Position numbers and translations under genes: made by a program
Shown: in pieces, positions 25,901-39,744 of the stretch
Layout: the number at the start of each line of letters is the position of its first letter
Position numbering within the stretch: position 1 is the stretch's first letter
Notes under the pieces: generated by a model
What the model was told of the DNA's origin: nothing
What the model saw: the letters and a program-made list of their open reading frames with translations, nothing else
Database searches by the model: none
NCBI RefSeq assembly: GCF_004010195.1
Contig: NC_057718.1
Coordinates: 89,992,837-90,056,836, forward strand
Direction: 5' to 3'
Origin: Chiloscyllium plagiosum
Lineage: Eukaryota
Length of the DNA: 64,000 nt

Positions 25901-28359
25901 AAGGATGCTGCAGGCAAGATGAAAATTTATTGCACACCCCTTGTTGCCTTGAGAGGTGATAATTTATCTGTGCGGTTTCTTGAGTCATTTCAGACAGCAG
26001 TTAAGAATCAGCCACTTTGTAATGGGATTAAAGTGCACATCATGGGCCAGACAGATGCAGGGCTCCTGGTTCATTTCTCTACAAGATATTGGTAAACCGA
26101 GAAGATTTTCACAAAATACCAACAGCTTGAAGTTCACATTTAGAATATACCAGTGTTTTATTAAGTTTTTTAAAAAAAAAAATCATGGTCTACTATGATT
26201 CTCATAGGGGACCTGTAAACCTAAATAGCCAAATTTACTGAGTAACCCACAAATGGAAAAAATTACCATCAAGATTTCACCTTTTTTTTTACACCAGCAT
26301 AAATTAAGTATTAAGTAATATATGGGTGACATTTCAAACAAAACGGTAAATTTTACTTTGTCGTTGATATCATAATGTGTCTTATGTAACTTGCAGTAAC
26401 TGCTAGCGGAAAAGTAAATTGGTTTTGTGCTTGGAGTGGCTTTTATTGTCGAGAACAAAGAGCTCCTGAGCTACTGGAGGCCTGAAGGCTTCTCTATCTT
26501 GGTCATAGCCCCAAGCTGCTCAGCTGCCTGAGAATCACTCCTAACTCTCGGCAGGCAGAGAAGGCCTTTGTCATTGATAACTCGTATCCAGTCTACAGAC
26601 CAATCAACTGCTTGTCGATCGCTGAATCTCTATTTGTACACTGTCTCAGTTGGCTCCAGCTCAACTCAAACTACACTTCAACCGCTGCACTTATGGGCAC
26701 AGTGCTTGTAATGAGTGGCAGGTTACCTGCATTTTTAAAAATTGCAGTAATCCTTCCTTCTGGCAGCTCTTGGTTTTTGAAACAATTCTTCTCCCTCCAG
26801 CAACAATTAAAAATTGAGAAAAATATAAAGATGGGATCCTTACAACTGGTGGATATATTGCATCTGAGGTTTCCTAGACTTGGAGAATACCAATAAGGCA
26901 CACATTTAGAAGCTCTCAGGTGACACAAGTCCTAATAGGAACTCCAATTTCTAACAGTCACAGTCTGGCTGTTTGTTCTATACTCTTGGCTCTCTTCCTT
27001 GCCTATGGTATTTGTGTGGCTTTTAGCATTCCATTCAGCTTAGCCACGCATCCCATCTCCAAAAGCTTATGGAATTCTTTTATCCTTACCAAACAGGAAG
27101 TTGAGAGTTCTGCGTGCTCCCAACACCTTGCTGCAATTTAGTAACTGTGCCCTGTTGCAACACTTTCTTTTTTTCTGGGTCGAATCGCCCTGTGCCTCCA
27201 ATGTGCTTGGTGCCTGTTGTTCCCCTTTGTGTCTAACCATACAACTTTCCTCTGAATTTCCTATTGGTCATACTTCCAAGTCATGGGTTGCTAGGTCATG
27301 TGCACCAATATTTCTTAATATCTAATTACAATTGATCTCTCAATGTAAATTCCTATGTTCTTTTTAAAATATCCTTAAATTTAGATTTCACAGAGGTTAA
27401 AAAAAATGAATTTTCCTTATTGTATTGTTTCTACATCAAGGGTTGTTACAATTCAAATTTGTTAAACATACAGTGGGACTTTTAACTCCATTATTTTCTT
27501 TTTAATCCAGGTTCCTGGTTATTAGTCCAGTAACAACCACTAATGCTTCTACCTAGACAATTATTCCTTTTGTTCTTGTAAAAGGAAGTTTCCTAGATAT
27601 TGTTAGCTTCTACCATATTTCTCTGCATTGACAGTCTGAATCTATAAATTAACAATATTTCAAATCGCTGATGGAAACATACACTCGTCTGTCCTCAGAC
27701 CTGTGTAAGCCCCTATTTGAAAGCAATACTATTATTGTCCATTTCTCATTCCTTTTCAGAAATATTAATGCTTATAGCAGGATATCCTGTTATTTCCAGG
27801 CTTTGCAATCATTCCCCATTGTTCTGATCTGCTCTGATCATTAAGAAGCAGGGAAGGATGGTGTTATCTTGGTAACATCATAACAACTGCATTCTCTATC
27901 GCAACCGACTGCTTTTCTGAGTTTAAAACCTCAAATTAGAGAAATCTCTTGAAGTATCACTAACATTTCAGTTACTCTCGTTAATGGTGTATGACTTTTC
28001 TGTGAGTTAGAATTTTCAGAAGTGACCACCTCCTCTTTCTTGGTTTTTGTCAAACGTAGGAAACGTGAATGTAGAACAGGAACTTAGCCACATACACAAG
28101 GGTGTGACCTAATGTGGTAGACAAAAGCAAGTGGTATGATCTAAGGTTGACTGCTGTAAATGGTTGGAGTTCAGAAGGCAAAGAAATTAAAATGGAACAA
28201 GGTCCTGCCCCTGCTCATTGCCCAAGGGTGCCCTACCCTGGCCAGAATGATGTTTGACTATTTGATGATGGTCTTCCATAACCAAAGCATCTGTTGAGTA
28301 ATGGTTTCCGGTAAAGTCCTGGAGGCATAACAAAAATAAATTGTAAAATATGAGTTGAA

Positions 28360-28686
28360 GCTAAATAACAGGGATAGGATAAATAGGTAAGGTATTTTCC
28401 CTGCGGTGGGGGTGTCCAGAACTACAGGGCATAGGTTTATGGTGAGGGGGAAAAATTTTGAAGGGGCAACATTTTTACACAGAGGGTGGTACGTGTCAGA
28501 GGAAGTGGTGGAGGCTGGTGCAATTACAGCATTTAAAAGGCATCTGGATGGGTATATGAAAAAGAAGGGTTTGGAGGGATATGAGCCAAGTGCTGGCAAA
28601 TGGAAGTAGATTAGGTTAGGATATCTGGTCGGCATGGATGAGTTGGACTGAAAGGTCTGTTTCCAAGCTGTACACTTCTATGACTG
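28360..28686 (+). mobile_element. CR1 3' end fragment
   Basis: EEVVEAGAITAFKRHLDGYM followed by the 3' UTR. Confidence 0.9.
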
Positions 28687-30609
28687 AGTTAGAAGGATGG
28701 CTTACGTAGGTACAAGTAGTGGTGGTAGGCCATTTGGCCATTCAAGTTTGTTCCATCACTCAATATGATGATGGTACATCCTCTATTTTAATCCTGCAGT
28801 CCTGCATTCTCTCCATACTCTCGGTTGCTTTCAGTATCTAAATATTTATCAAGCCTTTTCCTGACATAGCAACGTGGCCTCCATAACCTTCTGTGGTAGA
28901 GAATTCTACAGGTTGACCATCTTGAGTGAAAAAATGCTTCCTCTTCCCAGTCCTCAATGGCCTAGCTTATTCTGAGACTCTCAACCAGCAGCAAACATTA
29001 TCTCTGCATCTCGTCTGTCCAGCCCTGTTAGAAGTTTTCATCTTTCAATCAGACCCTATCACATTCTTCTCAACTGTAACGAATACAGTCAACACAGCAA
29101 AAGAGTTGATGTTTCAAGCATTTGCTCTTCATCAGACATTCCTGATGAAGAACTGATACTCAAAACTCTGATTCCCCTGCTCCTCGGATGCTGCCTGACT
29201 GGCTGTGTTTTTCTAGCACCACACTTTTTGACTGATCTCTAGTAGCTGCAGTCCTCACTTTCTCTCTGTAATGAATACAGGCCCAGTAAAACTAATCTTT
29301 TCTGATATCAGAAAACTGATATCACAGTTCTGCCATCCCAGTATCAGTCTAGTGGTCCTCTGCTGCACTCCCTCTTATGGCCAGTATACCCTTTTTTTTA
29401 AGTAAAGGCAAATCAAGCTGCAAAATGACCTACCTTTTACTTGTCTCCTTCTACTGAGACAATCCCTGCAGAAATCCTCCTTGTTTATAGTTGGATTTTG
29501 ATCAGCACAATGCATTTTTTTATCCCATTCTTTTGTATTACTGTATTCAACGTTAATTATAGAAAATCTCCATTAAGTCACCATGAGCCAGCACACAGTG
29601 GAGATTTGCAACAAATTGCAGCTTCTTCAAATCATGTTCCTGTGTCGTGTTCTAGTGCCAAACCGATCAGAGGATTATCATGATCCAGGTCTTAATTTAA
29701 AATCCAGCACTTTGAATATCACTCTCAATCATGTATACTTTAATCTGCCTGTTCAGATGTGCTTTGACACCCCTCTGGAGCAGGTGGAACTTGTACCTAA
29801 ATCTCCTGGCCCAGGGGTAGGGACACTACAACAAGAGCACATGAAGAATTGTTACTAGGTGTTTTTAATCAATTTGTTCAGAAATGTTGTGGTGTATCTC
29901 CTGGAGGTAACACATGGGATTTGAACCCAGGCCTCCTGGTTCTGAGTTAGGGACACCACCACTGCACCAATAAAGTCCTGATACATTCAAATCATATCCT
30001 GTCTTCAACAGTTTTCAAATTCATTGAACTCGTCTAATTATTCCAAATTCAATGTAGCAGAGGATCAGTGCTGTATGACTTTATAGTGAGGATCTACAAG
30101 CTTACTAATCCCAGTATCAATGAGGCTTGGATTATCAAATCTCTCCTCACCAAATTCATTATTTCCTTTGTTAATTTCTTTTACCAATTGCTGTTAACCA
30201 GAGTTTATCCATTTGATTGAAAAGCAACAAGCTTTTCACTTGGGCTGGGGAGTAATGTTATTGTGTTTGGAGGCAGGGAGGGTACTTAGGGTGGTATGCA
30301 AGTTCCCCACTGCCTTTCTGTCTCCTCCAGATATGGAGGACATCCCCCAGCCTCTGCACCAGTTGAGGCCCTGAAGAGGCTGCTGATGGTCAGGCAGCTC
30401 TTGACGGTTGATTGTCCATTCCCCAATCCAGAAAAGGCCCACCAAAGGCCATTTACTACCAGCAGGAGGCACTGTAGGTTCTCTCACCAGTTCTCCAGAC
30501 AGCAGGTGGACCTTCATAAGGTAGCTCGCTTCTCACAAACAAATTGGCTACAGCTATTTCAGCCGCCAGTACATTGAAAGCTCAGCAAACGGTTGGCAGG
30601 GTCATAGCC

Positions 30610-30706
30610 TGCTCCTTCGTCCTGATGAAGGAGCAGTGCTCCGAAAGCAAGTGCTTCCAAATAAACCTGTTGGACTATAACCTGGTGTTGTGTGATTTTT
30701 AACTTT
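30610..30706 (+). ncRNA. Penelope-associated minimal hammerhead ribozyme motif, probably inactive, within a PLE 3' end
   Basis: CTGATGA-A-GGAGC-AGT-GCTCC-GAAA-GCAA-GTG; the U expected before the cleavage site is an A. Confidence 0.55.
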
Positions 30707-32136
30707 GCATTTATGTAAAACCCTTCAAGTCATTGTAAAACTCTTTATGGCACTGAGACATAGTCTGGGCACTGTTTAGAATTTTAAAAAAAATTCAGTG
30801 TCATATACTTTAATTGTAATAAAGTCACAACACGGTCTAATTTGGTTGTAGTTTGATGTAGGCAGATTATTTGAGCCTTTTTTAATTAGACATACATTCC
30901 GGGTTGACCTGTGTCATTACTTGCTCCTCTCGCCTGATCCAGGTGTTATACAGGCTATGCCTTTTTGCTTATGTCTTGCCTCAAGTCAATGATTGCCCTC
31001 CTCACCTAATAAGAGTCTTATTTTCCTGTGTTCTCTGCAAATCAATGAGATTTGATCAGTATAGGATTGACACCAATGGCAGATTGAGTACAATGACTAG
31101 AATTAGCCAGCATAAACTGAGCTTCTTTGGTCAATCATATTATTGTCAACTCATCAAATCTGCCTCTTTCCCTACAGATCTATGAAGATTTCCTTGTAGT
31201 GTCTATACTGCTACATTCAATAATAACTTTGTATGTTACTATTACACTGCCCCCTCAGCCAGTACATTTATCGATAACTCACTGTCTTTAAAGATTTCCC
31301 TTCTGCTCATCAATCAGATTAAACCAGTTTCCTCTCGCTATTGATCCGCCTGTCCCTACCTGCTGTCTTCATTACACACACCAGTATTAAATCACCCCTT
31401 AGATTTCTCTGCTCCAAGAGTTATCCGCATTTTATTTACCCCCGTGTCCTTACTAAAATCACTCGTCCCTGGTACCATTCTAATAAATCTCTGCATCTTC
31501 TCCCATGCTTTGATATTGTTCCTAAGCTGTGATGTCCTGAGCATTAATCTGTGTTTATAGATTCACAGAATTGTTTTAGTGCAGAAGGAGGCCATTCAGC
31601 CCATTGTGCCTGCACTGGTACTGTGTGAAACGTCTGAAACCGAACCTTCCAGCTCAGCGAGCAAACCTACATTCAGCACCTCAACCTGAGCTACAAATCT
31701 TCTCAAGACTCACAAACTGGTACTATCTCCTGGTCCCAATCTCCTGCTCCCACCCCATATTCCTGCACACCATAAGTAACCTTCCAATGAATGCCTCAAT
31801 TGAATCTGTCTCAGCAACATTTCCACACAGTGCATACCATAGGCTTGTAACTTAGTGCGATTTTTTTTTTCCTCACGTCACCCTTGCTTCTTTTGAATGT
31901 CACTTTAAATCTCTGCCTGTCATTCTTGTACTTTAAACAAATAGGAACAGCTTCGGCCTAACGACTTCTTTCGGCCTGCTCGTGATTTTGAAAACCTCGA
32001 TCAAATCTCAAACTTGAATAGAATCCGACCAGCTGCTGGTGTATCATTGCCATAGAAACACTCCGTTCAGTCAAGTCAATGTTTACAATGTTTGTAGGCC
32101 TGAGTTCACTTTAATGATAGTGTTTCTACATTCACT

Positions 32137-32440
32137 GGCACAGTAGCTCAGCGGTTAGCACTGCTGCCTCACAGCACCAGGGACCCAGGTTCAATTCCAG
32201 CCTCCGGCGACTGTCTGTGTGGAGTTTGCACATTCTCCCCATGTCTGCTTGGGTTTGCTCCAGTTTCCTCCCACTGTCCAAAGATGTGCAGGTCAGGTGA
32301 ATTGGCCATGCTAAATTGCCCAGAGTATTAGGTGCATTAATCAGAGGGAAATGGGGTCTGGGTGGGTTACTCTTCGGAAGGTCGGTGTAGACTTGTTAGG
32401 CCGAAGGGCCTGTTTCCACACTGTAGGGAATCTAATCTAA
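32137..32440 (+). mobile_element. HE1-type V-SINE
   Basis: A/B boxes (GGTTCAATTCC), GCTAAATTGCCC core, CR1-like tail. Confidence 0.92.
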
Positions 32441-35400
32441 AACAATGTTCAAAGATGTGTATTTTGTATTTACTTTATACTGAGAAGAACTATAATGCTG
32501 AACTTTTACCGTATCTCTTTATTTTTCTACTTTTTAATTTCTGATTTTGAGTCTAGGTACCTTGTACCTAAGATGGTACTGTGAATGGTGACATTGTACA
32601 CTTTTCCATGTATCCCTGTACTTAAGTATACATGACAATAAAACCAAATGCTAATTCCACAGAGAAGGAAGCCAGCATCTTCTTCAATAGTTGATGAGAT
32701 GACTCTCCCTTCACTGCAATCCTGAAGCTCAATGATATCAGAGATTGCACCCATCAGGGATTGGCTGATATCTGTAAGGAACAGGGGCTTCTCCTAATTG
32801 GATTCGATGAAACCAATGGACGGTGACTCTAATGAAGTAAAACATGAATTTACATAGTGCCTTTCACAATCTCTGGATATTCCAAAGCTATACCATTTTT
32901 TAAAGCAAGGACACTATGGATTTTTGTTTTTAATTTCAAAATATTCTTTATTCATGTAAATGAACTTTATAGTCACAAAAATAGTTTGGTTCTGTACAGT
33001 AGCATATCAAAGAAACAAACAGAGCAATTTTTAATATGTTTGAAATCAACTCATCAAGCCATCTTTGAGGACTTGTGTGTACCCAGGTATCTCTGTTCCT
33101 GCTCCCTCTTTATTGTTTAATTTATGTTGCCTCTCTTAAGTCACCAATCCAAAATAATTCAGCAGTATTTTGAACTCTGTAGTGGTTACTGGATTAAACA
33201 ATCTGTGACCAGACCTATTTGTGACAGCGACAGATTGCATCTTACCTCTTGCAATTTTAAAATTAAAAAATTTGTAGCCTGCACATGCAGCCAATGGAAT
33301 TATTTTAATCTGCTGGTATTATCGCAGTTTCAATTAAATATAGGGAGGCTGGATAGAAAGCTCCCTGTGGAGGGGGAGAACAGGTATTAAAATACAGCTG
33401 CAGTTCTCAGGGATTAATTTAGAAAATTGACAGCTGTTGCAAATTCAGGAGAAAGCCAAGAGCTGCAAAACTCCTGCAGTTATGTTAAGAGTCTAGGTGT
33501 TGCCAAACCTTGTGTTGCCTTGTTACCAGGACTTGTCGGGTTTTTGGATACATGTCAGATTCTACTAGGAGCAAACAACCCTGTGGTTTACCTGGTTCAA
33601 GCCTTTCAGTTATCCTCAGAAAGCCTGAGTGTTTTCTGATGGTCCAATCAACCATAGCTCAGTGGGGAAATGACTGGTCTGTGTATGTAAGAATCTGGTA
33701 TATTCTCTGTGGTTCAATTGCACTTTCAACCCTTTCTATCCCTCTGTTCATCCACCTTTTAGTCCTCTATCCTTGATCCATCTAGCCGCCTTTAGTTCAC
33801 TGATGAGCATTTAGCCATTAAGCCTGGCAGATGGGCTGATTTAGCCATTAAGCCTAGTGAGTTTTGAGAAGATTTGTAGCTCAGGTTGAGGTTCTGGATG
33901 TAGGTTTGCTCGTTGAGCTGAAAGGCTAGCAGATGACCTGCTTTCTCCCAATGCATAGAGTACGCAGCCACCATCTTTGAGTCCCAGGGTTAAACCTCTG
34001 GCTAATCTTAGGAAACGCCAATATTTCACTCTGATCAATCATGCTGTCAACCCATTCTGAAACTGGCGAAGAATAAAGTACAGAAGGAACCAGTTTGGTA
34101 CTACCTGTTTTTGTTGCTTATCCAATTAGTCCCACTCCCCTACAAGTCTACATCTAAATCTCTTTTGAAAGTTGTCATTGAATTGGCTTCACCACCTTTT
34201 CCAAAAGTATAAGCCAGATCTTAATTCACATAATGACAGACTGGACAGCAAAAGTCTGACTTGAAATCCCTATTAACAGGCTTCAGCAAACATCTTTAAG
34301 AACAGTAACAGAAATACAGGAAATAGCAAGTGATTGCATTTTCAAAGTAGGTGTTTATAAAATGTATGTCATCTGCAGAAGGAGAAGTTGGATCAGGCTT
34401 TAAAATTTCCCGGAGTAAAGGCAAATATATGTCCATCCATAAACATGCGTAACACAGGGATAGTCATGAAGGTTATACTCAAGGATAATAGAGACAAAAG
34501 AAGGAGTTTTGAAATAACACTATAAGAAATAGGAGTAGGCAGTTCAGCTCTTTGATCTTGCTCTGTCATTCAATAGGATCATGGTCCAACATTTCTCATG
34601 TCCACTTTGCTGCCCTTTCCCTGTAGCCCTTCATTTCCTGACTGATCAAGATATGATCTATTTCAGCCTTAAACATATGCAAGGACTCTACTGCCACAGA
34701 GACTCGAAGGCAAGGAATTCCAGAGACTCTCATCCCTCTGGGAGAAGAAATTCCTCTGAACTCACCTGTCACATTTGAAAGCATGGATACACAATTATGT
34801 TCCTATGGAACATGAGTGCCCATAAATCATTGCCTTGTAATTTATTGTAATGTTACACATGGTATGGATTGTAGATTCTCAGAGACCTTGCAGCCCGTTG
34901 AGTCTGCATTGGCTCTTTTGAAGATGAACCTTGTTAATCCCATTCACTTTTGCTCCTTTCTATATTCTGAAAATATTTCCTTTTCAAGTATTTCCCAAAG
35001 CCCTGCTAAAGGCTCTATTGAATCTGCATCTAGCTTCCCATCAGGTAATGCACTCTAAATTTAGTTCCTTGTTGCATAATCAAACTTTTCCTCATGTCTC
35101 CTTTGGTTCTTTTATCAACTGTTTTAATCTGTGACCTCCAATGATTGACCCCTCAGTTATTAGAAACAGATACTCTTTTATTGACCCAATCTCCATCCTT
35201 CGTGATGTTGAACATATCTATCCCATCTCTTTTTTTATTCACTCATGGGATGTGGGCATCTGGCCAGCATTGTTTTTGTTGCCTGACCCTAATTGCCCTT
35301 GAGAAGGTGCTGGTGAACTGCTTTCTTGACCCGCTACAGTCCACCTGATGTAGGTTGACTCACAATACTCTTAGGGAGAGAATTCCGGGATTTTGACCCG

Positions 35401-35633
35401 GCGACAGTGAAGGGACAGCGATATATTTCCAAGTCAGGATAGTGAGTGGCTTGGAGGGGAACTTATCCATGGTGGTGTTCCCATGTATCTGCTGCCCTTT
35501 TCCTTCTAGATGGAAGCGGTCATGGGTTTGTCGAAGGATCTTTGTTGAATTTCTGCAGTGGATGGTACATACTGTTGTTGCTAAGCATTGGAGGTGGAGG
35601 GAGTAGATGCTTATGGAAGTGGTACCAATCAAA

Positions 35634-36755
35634 TTTAAAAATTATTAAATTAAAAGGACACATGGCAGATGAGATTCAGTGCAAAAGAAAAAAAAATGAG
35701 ATAATAATATTTTGGTAGGAAACCTTAGATGTACATCATTATAAAGAGGATGCAAGGACAGTGAGAGACCTTGGGAGTGATTGTACTCCTAATCTCTGCA
35801 GTTGGCTGGATAGATTAACAGAGCAATTCTAGGTTTTATGAAGAGTTACATGGAAAAAAACTGGGAAGTTGTGCAGAACTTTACAAAACACGGGTTAAGG
35901 CCCAAGCTAGAATTTTATATCTAACTCTGGTTGCCACTGGACGGCACGGTGGCACAGTGGTTAGCACTGCTGCCTCGCAGCGCCAGAGACCCGGGTTCAA
36001 TTCCCGCCTCAGGCGACTGACTGTGTGGAGTTTGCACGTTCTCCCCGTGTCTGCGTGGGTTTCCTCCGGGTGCTCCGGTTTCCTCCCACAGTCCAAAGAT
36101 GTGCTGGTCAGGTGAATTGGCCATGCTAAATTGCCCGTAGTGTTAGGTAAGGGGTAAATGTAGGGATATGGGTGGGTTACGCTTCGGCGGGTCGGTGTGG
36201 ACTTGTTGGGCCGAAGGGCCTGTTTCCACACTGTAAAGTAATCTAATCTAATCTAATCAAACCGGCTACTTTATCCTGAATGGTGTCAAGCTTGTTGAGT
36301 GTTATTGGAGCTGCCCCCCATCCAGCCATCTCTGCCTACCTTTCTCTGTTTATGGAGAATAATCCCGGGGTCTATACACACAATTCATCCCTTGAAATCA
36401 TTAGAAGAGATTTATTCGAGAGATTTATTCTTTCCAGAGTTTAGACATCCTCCCAGTGGCAACCAGAGTTAGATATAAAATTCTAGCTTGGGCCTTAACC
36501 CGTGTTTTGTAAAGTTCTGCACAACTTCCCAGTTTTTTTCCATGTAACTCTTCATAAAACCTAGAATTGCTCTGTTAATCTATCCAGCCAACTGCAGAGA
36601 TTAGGAGTACAATCACTCCCAAGGTCTCTCACTGTCCTTGCATCCTCTTTATAATGATGTACATCTAAGGTTTCCTACCAAAATATTATCTCATTTTTTT
36701 TCTTTTGCACTGAATCTCATCTGCCATGTGTCCTTTTAATTTAATAATTTTTAAA
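35634..36755. repeat. long inverted repeat with arms 35634-35940 and 36453-36755
   Basis: Arms are reverse complements; the only difference seen is a 3-nt indel in an (ATA)n run. Confidence 0.95.
35941..36259 (+). mobile_element. young full-length HE1-type V-SINE
   Basis: GGTGGCACAGTGG A box, GGTTCAATTCC B box, intact CpGs, (TAATC)n tail. Confidence 0.95.
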
Positions 36756-37229
36756 AATGTTTTCAACCTTGTTGCAAACTTTGACTTTACATACTGCTGT
36801 GGTGATGAAGTCTGGTGCAGAGGGCTGTTAATTCAGGTCATTGAATAAGGGAGTAATGTGGACAGGGTCAGGGGCCCTTGTTGGCCGAGGGAGGGATCTC
36901 AACACCAAGGAATGAGAATCCGGGGCTTTTCTCTTCCAGTGTCTGCTCCACTCATTTCTGCTTTGATCCAATTAAAGAGTGGCATGATTGGGTTGCTCTA
37001 CACAGGAGTCGAATACAGATATAGAAGGCCATTCAGCACCGTGAGCTGTCAAATTGGAACCGGAGGAGGCCATACAGCATCTCCAGTTGTTGCTTAGGAG
37101 TAGAGGGCCATTCAGCCCAATTAGCAAATAAATCGGAGGCCATTCAGCCTTTTACACAGGAAAGGGGTAAGTTGTTGCTAGCTTTCAGCCCTGGAATCCA
37201 CGATACAAATACAGGTTGCACAAAGGAGA

Positions 37230-37573
37230 CACAGAATCCCTACAGTATGTAAGCAGGCCATTCAGCCCATTGTGTCCATAGTGACCCTCCGGAGAGCATC
37301 CCACCCAGACTCACCCCTCTTCCATATCACTGTAACCTTGCATTTCTCAGGCTAACCTGTACATCCCTGGACACTGGGCAATTTAGCATGGCCAATCCAC
37401 CCAACCTGCACATCTTTGGAGTGTGGGAGGAAACTGGAGCATCCGGAGGAAACCCGTGCAGACAAGGGGAGAATGTGCAAACTCCACACAGACAGTCACC
37501 CGAGGCTGGAATTGTACCCAGGTCCTTGGTGCTATGAGGCAGCAATGCTAACCACTGAGGCACCATGCTGCCC
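37230..37573 (-). mobile_element. HE1-type V-SINE (antisense)
   Basis: GGGCAATTTAGC core and reverse-complement A/B boxes. Confidence 0.88.
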
Positions 37574-37744
37574 AAAAATAAGAAAATGGCATGGAAAATA
37601 AGGTTTTGGTTTGGAAAGGAAATAAATAATGAAGCAATTAATTCCACAAATGCAGCAAATCTTTACTGGGGAAAATGTAATCATGGACAACAGGTGATTT
37701 ATAAATGAAATTTGTTGGCCTTTTGTTGGGAAATACAACCCTCA

Positions 37745-39280
37745 ACAAAAACAGAAATTGTTGGAAGAACTCTGAGGTCTCATAGCGTCTGTGGGGAGGA
37801 AGCAGAGTTAATGTTTCAAATCCATTTTCTCTGCATTAGAACTGGAAATAGCTAGGACAAACTGGTATTTGTGCTGAAGCCCAAGTGGTGGGCAAGGGCT
37901 GGGGAAGGGAGAGGTAAGCAGATGGATGGAGATGAAGACCAGAGAGAAAGATATGAAAGGGATAGGTTGGCAAGGAGATAATGGATAGCACATGAGGACA
38001 GAAGAAAAGCAGAATAAGAAATAGTAAGAGCAACGAGTGAGAAAGTGGATATGCTATGCTGAAGGCAATCTATATAGTATGAAAAACAAAAACAGAAATT
38101 GCTGGGAAAATTCAGTAGGTCTGGCAGCATCTGTGGAGCAAAAGCAAGATTAACATTTCAAGTCTAGTGACCCTTCTTCAGAATTGATTGTAGCTAGGAG
38201 AAGATTGGTATATATATATATTCAAGAAAGGATGGGAGGAGGGGGTCAAAGATAAAGGATAGGTAGACATGGAGCCCAGAGAGAGAGAAACACAATTAGA
38301 CAAAGGAACGGGTAAAGGACAGTCTGATAAAATGAATAGCTGCTAACAAAGACTATCATGGACTGACAATGGGTTGTGTGTGGAAGCAGGCCATGTGATG
38401 GCAAGGCCTAGTTGGTGGAAGTTGAGGTAAGGACATGGGCGAAGGTGCTCAAGCCCTGAAATTGTTGAATTCGACTTTGAGTCCAGGAGGCTGTAGAGTT
38501 TCCAGGCAGAAAATGAGGTGTTCGTAGAATCCCTTCAGCGTGGAAACAGGCCTTTCAGCTCAACAAATCCACACCGATCCTCCAAAGAGTGATCTACCCA
38601 GACCCATTCCTCTACCCTATTATCCTATATTTACCACTGACTAATGCACCTAACTTACACATCCCTGAAAACTACAGGCAATTTAACACGACTAATTCAC
38701 CTGACCTGCACATCTTTTGGATGCTGGGTGGAAACCGGAGCACCTGGAGGAAACACACGCAGACATGGGGAGAATGTGCAAATCCCACACAGACTGTCAC
38801 CCAAGGCTGGGGAAGGGACTGTGAATGGAGTCGGGGGTGGGAAGGGAGGTTATGTGAAATTGGAGAGCCCAATGTTGAGTCTGCCAGTTTTGGGGGGGGG
38901 GGGGGTTGTGTGGGGCGGTGATGATGCTGAAGGCTGCCCAGATAGATGAGGTGTTGTTCCTCCAATTTGGGGCTTGGTGGCAATGGAGGAGGCCAAGATG
39001 GTCATATTGGAGAGGGAATGGGAAGGGGAATTAAAATGGACGGTGACTGTGACGGGGGGCACTGCAGGCCCAGCTGAGACGCTCGGGGAAACATGCCAAG
39101 TTTACATTTGGTCTCCCCCCATGTAGGGAAGACCCCTGCAGCAAGCCTGTGATGGAGATGTCGGCCAGGGAACGGGATGGCGTGTTGAAATGGCAGGCGA
39201 CAGCCTATGACCCTATAATAGGAAGCTCAGGGTCACTTTTACAGATAAAAGGTAGGTGTTTTGCAAAGCAGTCACCAAGC
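37745..39280 (-). mobile_element. Penelope-like element fragments (antisense) with a nested HE1 SINE (about 38525-38810)
   Basis: Minus-strand KLEEQHLIYLGSLQ resembles the PLE GIY-YIG C-terminus; PLE-type 3' ends at 37745-37830 and 38085-38185. Confidence 0.65.
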
Positions 39281-39424
39281 CTTCACCATATCAAAAAGAC
39301 GGGGCTAAACAGGTTGTTCTGCAAGCATGGATTCGACAGATCGAATGACCTCCTCCAAGGTTGCATCACTGCAAAACTTTACAAAATGCGTTTGGTTTGC
39401 TTTGCAAATTCCACCTTAAGTCGT

Positions 39425-39722
39425 GATTTGGAGATGCCGGTGTTGGACTGGTTAAAAATCACACAACACCAGATTATTGTCCAACAGGTTTAATTGGAAG
39501 CTTTCGGAGCACTGCTCCTTCATTAGGTGGTTGTGGAGTATAATAGTGCTTCCAATTAAACCTGTTGGACTATTACCTGGTGTTGTGATTTTTAATTTTG
39601 TCCACCTTAAATGTTGAAAAATGTGTTGCTCCTGCTCCTTGGATGCTGCCTGACCTGCTGCGCTTTTTCAGCATCACATTTTTAAGCTCTAATCTCCAGC
39701 ATCTGCAGTCCTCACTTTCTCC
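39425..39722. mobile_element. tail-to-tail Penelope-like 3' ends
   Basis: ACAACACCAG..GTCCAACAGGTTTAATTGGAAGC is inverted against GCTTCCAATTAAACCTGTTGGAC..CTGGTGTTGT; degenerate hammerhead core on the minus strand at 39499-39528. Confidence 0.65.
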
Positions 39723-39744
39723 CACCTTAAATGTTCACCAGGAG

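Noticed and set aside
31630-33925. Inverted pair (31630-31715 and 33855-33925) as transposon terminal repeats
   Set aside because: Both look like independent copies of a common retroelement 3' end; there is no target-site duplication or internal transposase.
35941-36010. tRNA gene
   Set aside because: The A/B boxes belong to the tRNA-derived head of an HE1 SINE; the same applies at 13609 and 32137.
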